Assembly (NCBI GenBank): GCA_041736805.1
Contig: JBGSSW010000004.1
Coordinates: 51,843 to 115,842, forward strand
Direction: 5' to 3'
DNA: 64,000 nucleotides
DNA from: Minisyncoccia bacterium
GTDB lineage: Bacteria; Patescibacteriota; Minisyncoccia; Phycocordibacterales; UBA918
Translations under genes and position numbers: made by a program
Part shown: piece by piece, positions 28,095 to 35,494 of the stretch
How the letters are laid out: each line of letters starts with the position of its first letter
Numbering within the stretch: position 1 is the stretch's first letter
The notes under the pieces: generated by a model
The model's database searches: none
Seen by the model: the letters and a program-made list of their open reading frames with translations, nothing else
Told to the model about the DNA's origin: nothing

Positions 28095-30683
28095 ATGAAA
28101 ATTAAAGTAATAAAAAATTTCTCTTTTGCAATAATCACTGTTTTTGTACTCTCTTTTAACTTATCACAAGTTGAAGCAAATACTGCTTCAGGGTGGATTT
28201 CACCTAAAGCTATATACATTGAGCCACAAACAACTTGTGCCGACCCAAGTAATGCTTCTATTGAATTTGTTCTTGTTGAACATGGCACAACCAACCAAAT
28301 TACATCTTCAATTGGAAGTTGGGTAGTTAGAGTGCGAGATAGTTCACTTTCTATTAAGCAAAGTATAAATTTTAATGGAGTAAAATCATCTTCCAAGATT
28401 TGTTTTGACCCAACTACTGATGGTTTACAAGTTCTTGTTAATAATTCACCAAACTATTATAAATTTACAGGCCCGACCATTCTACCGAAAAGTTCTTCTG
28501 ATTTTTCAAGTATGCGAGGTTCCCATTTTAGGGGCTATGTTGAGTTACTTAGTACTTCTGTAACCACGGAAGATATCGAGATGACTTCTCCACTTGGTGG
28601 AAGCGCTTACTCGACCTTCCCGTCTTTAACTTTTACAAATAACCGCTTATCAAGCTTATTTAATTCTACTGAACTTAAATTAATTAAATTTTATATTTCT
28701 AACCAAAGTAGTGGAGCGTTGTATACAGCAGAAATCCCAGCCACTGGCGGAGCCGGCCCAAGAATTATTAACAATTTCTCTACTACAACCTTACCCCAAG
28801 GCATATATTTTTGGACGTTCCATCAAGAAGAAAACGGATATTCTGATACAAATGAAACGTCAGGTATAAAAACATGGAATTTTACAGATTTACCAGTTTC
28901 TGCCGCTCCTTCGGCCGGATCTTTTATGATTGACAACCAACCTCTTTCCACTAATCAATTTCACTATGTCTTAATGACTTCTGTTCCGGTAGCTTCAAGT
29001 ACATCTATTAGATATGTTCAGAAACTTAAAGATGATTTGTCTGGCATTGATAGTGTAACTACCTATGTTATGGACTCTTTGAATAATATTATCTTAATTA
29101 GTCCGGAACAGATTAAACCCTCAGCTGACCTGTACGGAACTACTGCTTTTACATATGCCTTCACAAATTTCACAGGCACTCTTGGTACAACATATAAGTT
29201 TTATGCGGTAGCTAAAGATGTGGCAGGTAATACATCGACTTCTTCAATAACTACCTATACTGTACCAACAGTTTATGGTGTACCAATTTTAAGTGCACCA
29301 AGTGTTGACTCGATCACAAGCAGTTCAAGCCGTACGACAGCTACAGTTTTATCTGAAGATGGTTTTCGTTACAGCTCAAGAGGAGTTTGCTGGTCTGCCG
29401 AAACTGCTGATTTAACTACTACAGGTGGAACTTGTAAGACAACTGTAGCCTATAATCCAACACCGTACACTTTTAATGAATATCCAAATGGAATGCCTTC
29501 TAATACTACTATCTACTATCGAGCTTTTGCGACTAGTGTTGCAGGAACAGGTTATAGCTCCATTGGTTCATTTAATACCCTGGGCGAAGCCTTCTCTACA
29601 ACTTCTTCCTCTACAATACCAACCGTTGTGGGGGAAACACCGACTGGAATATACTCAAGTTCAGCTTATGTAGGTTCAAACATAACCAGTACTGGAGGTT
29701 CTTTGATTACCGCAAGAGGAATGTGCTGGGACACTTCTTTAGCCTCTCTTAATGCGCAAAACGTGGCGACTTCAACCAAATGTGTAACACAAGGTTCATT
29801 GCCCTTGGCAGCAACTCTACCTTTTAGGTCACAGTTTTCACTTGATGGTTTACCAGCTAATACGCTAATTTATTATCGAGCATTTGCCACCAATGCTAAC
29901 GGAACGGCTTATTCCAACAGTACGTTTACAACCGATATTCAAAGAAATGATTTTGTGGTTAATACCATTATACCAACACAAACCTATATTCAAGCAACTG
30001 ATAGTTATAATTTGGATTTAAACTTTATCATGAAAGACAAAAGTAATTACCAGGTACTTTCATTAGGCATACCCCAACCCAAAATGGTACCTTATGAAAT
30101 TAAGCTTGATTTCGGTAATAATGGCACCTACGAAAGAACAGCAACCGGAAGTATTGGCACTGCTGCCTGGCTAGGAAGCACTCCAATTGAATACGTCTCG
30201 TTTTCTAATTTACCAGGTGGTTTTGTGCGCATTGTTTTAGAAGTAAATAAGCCTGAGAGCACTTATCCTGAACTAGCAGCAAATAGAATTAATAACTCAA
30301 CCAGCACAACTATTATTTTGTCTCAGACTGGTTCAGAAATTGACGAGAGCTTGTCGGCTGCTGGCGGCGGTTCCTCAGCTCTCATCCCCGTAGATCCTGG
30401 CATGTTAATATGGGCAGGAACAGGAATAGTTAGAAGTGGACAACAGACTACTGTTTCCTGGGACACTGTAGCTGCTTACGATATGAGCTGTACTATTTAT
30501 GGACCAAGTGATTTTGTGCGCACAACTTTCAACCCTTCAGTTGACGGAACAACCGGTACTATTAGCTCAGGCACTATTAATTCAGCACAAAATTATCTCC
30601 TAGAATGCACAGAACCTTTAACAGGCACTAAGTTTACTTCTTCGGTAAGAGTTAAGGTGGCTGGAGTTGTACAAGAAATCTAG
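28095..30683 (+). CDS. Secreted S/T-rich protein with fibronectin-III-like repeats
   Basis: Signal peptide; repeats RGVCWS...YYRAFATSVAGTGYS and RGMCWD...YYRAFATNANGTAYS; AKDVAGN Ig motif. Confidence 0.7.
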   Translation: MKIKVIKNFSFAIITVFVLSFNLSQVEANTASGWISPKAIYIEPQTTCADPSNASIEFVLVEHGTTNQITSSIGSWVVRVRDSSLSIKQSINFNGVKSSSKICFDPTTDGLQVLVNNSPNYYKFTGPTILPKSSSDFSSMRGSHFRGYVELLSTSVTTEDIEMTSPLGGSAYSTFPSLTFTNNRLSSLFNSTELKLIKFYISNQSSGALYTAEIPATGGAGPRIINNFSTTTLPQGIYFWTFHQEENGYSDTNETSGIKTWNFTDLPVSAAPSAGSFMIDNQPLSTNQFHYVLMTSVPVASSTSIRYVQKLKDDLSGIDSVTTYVMDSLNNIILISPEQIKPSADLYGTTAFTYAFTNFTGTLGTTYKFYAVAKDVAGNTSTSSITTYTVPTVYGVPILSAPSVDSITSSSSRTTATVLSEDGFRYSSRGVCWSAETADLTTTGGTCKTTVAYNPTPYTFNEYPNGMPSNTTIYYRAFATSVAGTGYSSIGSFNTLGEAFSTTSSSTIPTVVGETPTGIYSSSAYVGSNITSTGGSLITARGMCWDTSLASLNAQNVATSTKCVTQGSLPLAATLPFRSQFSLDGLPANTLIYYRAFATNANGTAYSNSTFTTDIQRNDFVVNTIIPTQTYIQATDSYNLDLNFIMKDKSNYQVLSLGIPQPKMVPYEIKLDFGNNGTYERTATGSIGTAAWLGSTPIEYVSFSNLPGGFVRIVLEVNKPESTYPELAANRINNSTSTTIILSQTGSEIDESLSAAGGGSSALIPVDPGMLIWAGTGIVRSGQQTTVSWDTVAAYDMSCTIYGPSDFVRTTFNPSVDGTTGTISSGTINSAQNYLLECTEPLTGTKFTSSVRVKVAGVVQEI

Positions 30684-30721
30684 AGTAAAGATAATTTTGC
30701 TTTGTAGTAGTATTTCATTAT

Positions 30722-31693
30722 ATGATGAATCACCTTCAAATTGCTGTTTTAAGAGGAGGGACAAGTGATGAATACCAGGTTTCGCTACAGACTGGTTCAG
30801 CTGTTTTACGTGCTCTTTCAGAATCTGGATATCTTGTAAAAGACATAGTAATCACAAAAAATGGGGATTGGTTGGACAGAGGTATTGTTAAATCACCTGA
30901 AATAGCTTTAACCTCAGTCGACGTTGTATTTGTGGCGCTACATGGAACCTTCGGAGAAGATGGTGAAGTACAAAAAATTTTACAAAGAATAGGGATTCCT
31001 TTCACCGGAAGCAACTCCTTTTCTTCTGCTTTGGCATTTAACAAACAGACTACAAAAGAATTTTTAAAGCAGTATGACATTCTAACTCCAAAGTATTTAG
31101 TTGTTACAAAAGATGATATTAGTATTATTGACGAAGTAGTTGCTCAAGTTGAAGATAATTTTGGACCTGAGTATATTATTAAACCAACTTCAAGTGGGTC
31201 GTCTTTTGGGGTTTCTTTTGTTAAAACTAAAAGTTCACTGAAAAGTAATCTTCTTAAATCTTTAAATCTTTATGAAAAAGTCTTGATAGAAGAATTTATA
31301 TTTGGTAGAGAAGCGACTAGTGCCGTTTTAGAAAACTATCGAAACGAAAATATTTATGTTTTTCCAACCATTGAAATAATTACTCCTAATAATCAATCAT
31401 ATTTCGATACCGAATCTAAGTATAATGGAAAAACTTTAGAAATATGTCCATCTGATTTTCCTTACTCTGAAAGAACAAAAATTGCTGAAATTTCTACTCT
31501 GATTCATAGAGAGTTGGGATTGTCTCAGTATTCAAGAAGTGATTTTATTGTTAGTCAAAATGGAATCTACTTTCTAGAAGTTAATACCCTACCTGGCTTG
31601 ACTTCTGAATCACTATACCCGAAAGCAGCTAATTCGGTCGGACTTACTTTTAATCAACTTATTTCGCATTTGGTTAGTACGGCAAACTGTTAG
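30722..31693 (+). CDS. ddl: D-alanine--D-alanine ligase
   Basis: GGTSDEYQVS, LHGTFGEDG, GSSFG, omega-loop SKY, EVNTLPGLT. Confidence 0.95.
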   Translation: MMNHLQIAVLRGGTSDEYQVSLQTGSAVLRALSESGYLVKDIVITKNGDWLDRGIVKSPEIALTSVDVVFVALHGTFGEDGEVQKILQRIGIPFTGSNSFSSALAFNKQTTKEFLKQYDILTPKYLVVTKDDISIIDEVVAQVEDNFGPEYIIKPTSSGSSFGVSFVKTKSSLKSNLLKSLNLYEKVLIEEFIFGREATSAVLENYRNENIYVFPTIEIITPNNQSYFDTESKYNGKTLEICPSDFPYSERTKIAEISTLIHRELGLSQYSRSDFIVSQNGIYFLEVNTLPGLTSESLYPKAANSVGLTFNQLISHLVSTANC

Positions 31694-31734
31694 TAAGGTT
31701 TATTAACTTAGTAATTATTTGTTATAATTTTAGT

Positions 31735-32343
31735 ATGGAAGGATCCAGACATGAACGAGCTGTAATTGTAGCAATATCATATGTAATTGGTTTTACAGCT
31801 GCTTTTTTACTGTACGCTGCACATTCTGATTTCAGTAATGAAGACAACGGTTATTTAAATGAAAGTGCAAGTTTGCCGGCTGCAGTTATTCAGTCAGACT
31901 TCAGCACAGGTAATACTGAAATTTCTAGCGCTATTGGAAAAGTTAACTACACAGATGGCAAACTTGAGTATCTAAGTAACACAGGAACTAGACTTTTGTC
32001 GTTTAACCCAGACATAACTGGTTTTTCAAAATTGAAAAATTTGGAACAACAAGGCACCCATACTAGAGACATTTTCTATTCAGTCTCAGACGACAATAAG
32101 CAAGTTTTTTTCTGCGAAAATGGCACAAGGGAGATCGACTACTGTAAGGGTTATATTTACAGCGTTGAAGAAGATTTAATTTATCCAATTACTGAAAATG
32201 GGACTTTTCCTATTTTTACTAGTGAAGAAGCTTCAGAAGCTATATGGTCTTCAGGTCAGTTATTAATTAAAAACTCCTATTCTGCAAATAAGCTCGAACC
32301 GTGGCTATTCATTACGGAGAAGTCAGCGTTTGACTTGCAATAA
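31735..32343 (+). CDS. Hypothetical membrane-anchored protein
   Basis: N-terminal TM; TATAAT 6 nt upstream of ATG. Confidence 0.6.
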   Translation: MEGSRHERAVIVAISYVIGFTAAFLLYAAHSDFSNEDNGYLNESASLPAAVIQSDFSTGNTEISSAIGKVNYTDGKLEYLSNTGTRLLSFNPDITGFSKLKNLEQQGTHTRDIFYSVSDDNKQVFFCENGTREIDYCKGYIYSVEEDLIYPITENGTFPIFTSEEASEAIWSSGQLLIKNSYSANKLEPWLFITEKSAFDLQ

Positions 32344-32386
32344 ATATGTCTGTATTATAGGCAAAATTAAAGTCTTACTTTAATTT

Positions 32387-32462
32387 GGGCCAGTAGCTCA
32401 CTTGGTAGAGCGCCTCATTTGCACTGAGGAGGCAGGGAGTTCGAATCTTCTCTGGTCCACCA
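32387..32462 (+). tRNA. tRNA-Ala(TGC)
   Basis: 76-nt cloverleaf GGGCCAG...CTGGTCC-A-CCA; G3:U70; anticodon arm cctca-tt-TGC-ac-tgagg; TTCGAAT. Confidence 0.97.
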
Positions 32463-32557
32463 TCTAATTTACTTGTAGCAGCTCGACTAGTTCAGTTAAT
32501 TTCAATTTTGAAAGCTTGAGCGTAAGTAAAATTTAAGTTATTATTCTTCGTCCCTTA

Positions 32558-32630
32558 GGGCCCTTAGCTCATCCGGTAGAGCGCTTCCATGGCATGGAAG
32601 AGGTGAGCGGTTCAAGTCCGCTAGGGTCCA
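32558..32630 (+). tRNA. tRNA-Ala(GGC), CCA not encoded
   Basis: GGGCCCT...AGGGTCC-A; G3:U70; anticodon arm cttcc-AT-GGC-AT-ggaag with the A32-U38 pair typical of Ala(GGC); GGTTCAAGTCC. Confidence 0.95.
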
Positions 32631-32816
32631 CAAAAAACATCCTTTTTTTGTGGACCCTAGACAAAGCAACATTCGTTGCTTTGGTCGGACTTGAACCACC
32701 GGAACGATGTGAGTTTACGAACGAGTGAGGTGTGTCCCGCGGCACCTGCTAGATTGTGAGCGAATGCAAAACAATATAGCTTGGTGACCGTCAGGATCTG
32801 TCCGCTAGGGTCCACA
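32616..32816. mobile_element. Non-coding palindromic element (~185 bp) at the tRNA-Ala(GGC) 3' end, flanked by 17-bp direct repeats
   Basis: gtccgctagggtccaca at 32616-32632 and 32800-32816; internal antisense copy of the tRNA 3' end (32649-32660 + 32686-32697); several hairpins. Confidence 0.7.
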
Positions 32817-32887
32817 TATTAACATACTAGATATAGTATGTTATCTCATAACTCGAACAATTCCGTTCATCAGAAAGGAGACCTGCG

Positions 32888-33150
32888 ATGGTCGCTCTCA
32901 AACGTCAGAACATCCCCGCTGGCAAGTTCCGTGTCCTCGGCTGCGACCTGTTCGATCACTCGGTCGACGTCGTCGAAGACTGCGACACCAAGGACGAGGC
33001 CTTCAAGATCGCCGACGACCACAACCGTCAGCGCACGGGGTCGATGTCCGACGTGTACTACGTCTACAACGACAAAGGCAGCTATCACCGTGGCGAGGAA
33101 GCGATCAAGAATGCCAAGGGCGAGAGACCACCGTCAGCGTCAGCCCGTAA
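32888..33150 (+). pseudogene. GC-rich orphan gene with a probable +2 (AG) frameshift near its 3' end; the ORF as read runs on to 33262
   Basis: SD aaggag at 32875-32880; codons almost all C/G-ending up to GAGAGA (33122-33127); removing AG gives ...GETTVSVSP-TAA(33150), followed by a hairpin. Confidence 0.6.
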
Positions 33151-33175
33151 ACGCAAGCGTCGGCATTGCCGGCAC

Positions 33176-33205
33176 GAGACCCCAGAGATAACATCAAGGG
33201 GTCTC
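33176..33205 (+). terminator. Hairpin after the first orphan gene
   Basis: gagacccc-N14-ggggtctc. Confidence 0.5.
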
Positions 33206-33241
33206 ATTTCGTTTATAATTCTACTTTTCACTCAAACTCTT

Positions 33242-33327
33242 TGCAAAGTAGGACATCCTTGATACGTCACCCAAGACTTCATTAAATATCCCCTAAATTG
33301 GTTCTGTAAATTTCCACTATAGTCCAC
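33242..33327 (+). repeat. 86-bp direct repeat, copy 1 (ends in a degenerate tRNA-Ala 3' end; att-like)
   Basis: 79/86 identical to 33818-33903 by manual alignment; ends ggttc-tgtaaatt-tccactatagtccac. Confidence 0.9.
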
Positions 33328-33408
33328 GAGTACAGAAAGAGCGCCTTTGTTGTTCGTGGACTATAAGCAAGCAAACTACCTTGCTTGCTTGAGGCCTTTT
33401 CGTGTAGA

Positions 33409-33477
33409 TTGACAAGTCACACTATTCATGCTAGTATTTTGAATGAAATTCTTGTTATTCCACAACCAGGAGATGTC
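33409..33477 (+). promoter_or_regulatory. Sigma70-type promoter and SD of the second orphan gene
   Basis: TTGACA at 33409, 17-nt spacer, then TAGTAT preceded by TG; aggag at 33468. Confidence 0.6.
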
Positions 33478-33747
33478 ATGGCGATTTTGAAATGTCGTTA
33501 TTGCAAAGAAGGTGTGCTTACGGGCGCGCGTCATCACTGCAAGCAAATGCAACTTGCAAAACAACCATCGGCTGTTGTCGATGAGAGTGAAGGAAGCATC
33601 TTTCTCTCATTCGCGGTCGCAGCGGCAACAGACAATTGGGCAATTGGGACGCTTGTTGGAGGCAATCTCATTGGTGGAATTGTCGGCGACGCAGTAGTAG
33701 GAAACAACGACTCATGTAACGACGGTGACTCTGGTAGCGACGACTGA
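33478..33747 (+). CDS. Small orphan protein (89 aa): CxxC...HHC N-terminus, glycine-zipper helix, acidic tail
   Basis: SD-led ATG at 33478; CRYC, HHC; AIGTLVGGNLIGGIVGDAVVG. Confidence 0.7.
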   Translation: MAILKCRYCKEGVLTGARHHCKQMQLAKQPSAVVDESEGSIFLSFAVAAATDNWAIGTLVGGNLIGGIVGDAVVGNNDSCNDGDSGSDD

Positions 33748-33755
33748 GCGCAACT

Positions 33756-33806
33756 AGCCCCACGAGGAAGTCCCACGACTTCACAACTCGTGGGGCTTCT
33801 TCTTTT
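33756..33806 (+). terminator. Intrinsic terminator
   Basis: agccccacgag...ctcgtggggct followed by tcttctttt. Confidence 0.75.
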
Positions 33807-33817
33807 CTAAAATTAAC

Positions 33818-33903
33818 TGCAAAGTAGGACAAGATTGATACGTCACCCAAAACTTCATTAAATACCCCCTACATTGGTTCTGTAAATTTCCCCTATAGTC
33901 CAC
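33818..33903 (+). repeat. 86-bp direct repeat, copy 2 (att-like end)
   Basis: Matches 33242-33327; ends tcccctatagtccac. Confidence 0.9.
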
Positions 33904-33998
33904 AAACAAATTAAAATCAATAGAGCACAAGACCAAGTTTGTGAAATACTGCCAATGGACTTGTAAAATATAGATAAAGGTATATATTTAGACTAAAT

Positions 33999-34142
33999 AT
34001 GAAAAGGAGACGTAGAGCAACCATGTTTATAATGATAGCTATCATTGCTGCTGTTTGCTTTATTCTCAGGTCTGATTACTTCAGCCACATCACTTCGAAT
34101 CAGATTATCAATGATTCTAGAGCAAGTTTGCTTGCTGAATAA
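33999..34142 (+). CDS. Putative small membrane protein (47 aa), not in the ORF track
   Basis: MKRRRRATMFIMIAIIAAVCFILRSDY...; basic N-terminus + hydrophobic helix; alternative ATG at 34023 downstream of aggag. Confidence 0.45.
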   Translation: MKRRRRATMFIMIAIIAAVCFILRSDYFSHITSNQIINDSRASLLAE

Positions 34143-34160
34143 AGAGCCAGGTCTTTAAAA

Positions 34161-34856
34161 CTATTGTTTAAACATTTTAACTAACTTTCGGTAAGTGTCT
34201 AAATAGTCTACCACTGGTACCGTTTCAATTACGCCAATCACAGCTTCATCATTACCTCCCGGGTATAGTCCATCTCCAAAATAAATACAATTATTTTTAT
34301 CCCATTTCATTAGATCAATGAGCTTTTGAACATTGGTTCCTTTATGTCTGTCTTTATGGATGTAATCAAAACTTGTAGAACCTCCGATTTTAACTATTAA
34401 CTCATCAGATTCAAATGGTATTGTCTTAATTAAATTCTCACGGATCCTTCTGTCCGGGTCGTAAGTGTTTTTTATTTCGTGCGGAGCAGTATTTCCAATT
34501 GGGCTAAAAGTTATCTGTGCACCTCTATCCTCAATCGGATTCCATTCTTGGTTTATATCATGTTCAATTAGATTTGATATTTTTTTAATGTGATTCAAAA
34601 TTTCTAGTCGATGATTATTGTCTAAAGGAATATTCCACAATTCTTTATCATCCAAATCAGTTGCATGATTTCCATTTTGGCCAAGTGTATATGAACGCAA
34701 ATAATTACTTTGTGCTCCAATTTTCACCACTTCTTGTCCAGAAACTATAACAATGTCCTGAGAAAAGCTATTTAGTAGATCAAACATGTCGTCAAGGATT
34801 AGTTGCCTGGCCGGAGCTATCGTCTGATCCATATCAAAAAAGAGATGTTTATACAT
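34161..34856 (-). CDS. HAD-IIB hydrolase resembling eukaryote-type phosphomannomutase
   Basis: FDMDQT, VSG, IEDRGAQITFSPIG, IGGSTSFD, YFGDGLYPGGNDE. Confidence 0.85.
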   Translation of the reverse strand: MYKHLFFDMDQTIAPARQLILDDMFDLLNSFSQDIVIVSGQEVVKIGAQSNYLRSYTLGQNGNHATDLDDKELWNIPLDNNHRLEILNHIKKISNLIEHDINQEWNPIEDRGAQITFSPIGNTAPHEIKNTYDPDRRIRENLIKTIPFESDELIVKIGGSTSFDYIHKDRHKGTNVQKLIDLMKWDKNNCIYFGDGLYPGGNDEAVIGVIETVPVVDYLDTYRKLVKMFKQ

Positions 34857-34944
34857 ATCCTACAAGAATACAATATAATTTTGTATTGTGAATACACATC
34901 TGTCAGTTACCAAATAGATATTCATTTGTTATTATGAATGGGTT

Positions 34945-35484
34945 ATGGAATCTCTTATAATGACTCTAAACATTGTTCAATCATTTGCTATTGCAATAGG
35001 TGCAGGTACATCAACTCTCGCTGTAGTTAATTTTTTTTACGCCATAGCCGACGGTAAAATTGATGAAACGGAAAGAAACTTTATGGGTATTACCTATGTA
35101 GTACTTAGAGTCGCAATGGCCTTTATATTGATTACTTTAATTCTATTAACAATTTTGGGTTGTCTTTCTGAAGGGGCGGCTTTCTTCACCGGCTACACAA
35201 CTGCTGAATCAATTTTGGTTGCGATTCTGTTTGTTAACTCTTTTTTGATGACAATTCGCCTGATGCCAAGTACCTTTGGTCCAGCTATCCAGGCGTCTAG
35301 CTGGTACTCCTTAGCATTTTTGCAAGCATTGTATACCTACTACCAAGCCGACTTTAGTCTACTAGTATTTTGTTTTTCTTACTTAACATTTCTTTTCTTT
35401 GCTGTTTCTCTCATTAATAGCATAATGGCTTATCTAAAAGATAAATCAACTTCGGAAAAGGCAGCAGAAAATAGTCCTTCCTAG
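34945..35484 (+). CDS. Hypothetical multi-pass membrane protein
   Basis: About five hydrophobic helices. Confidence 0.7.
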   Translation: MESLIMTLNIVQSFAIAIGAGTSTLAVVNFFYAIADGKIDETERNFMGITYVVLRVAMAFILITLILLTILGCLSEGAAFFTGYTTAESILVAILFVNSFLMTIRLMPSTFGPAIQASSWYSLAFLQALYTYYQADFSLLVFCFSYLTFLFFAVSLINSIMAYLKDKSTSEKAAENSPS

Positions 35485-35494
35485 AATTATTTAT

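Noticed and set aside
32838-33191. Alternative-frame ORFs over the first cargo gene (32838-33191 +, 32870-33088 -)
   Set aside because: By-products of high GC3; the SD and codon bias support the 32888 frame
33242-33903. 86-bp repeats as a CRISPR array
   Set aside because: Only two copies, too long, the spacer is a whole gene, and there is no cas1/cas2
32616-33903. Classical integron attC array
   Set aside because: No intI and no RYYYAAC...GTTRRRY attC ends recognised; the boundaries are tRNA-derived instead
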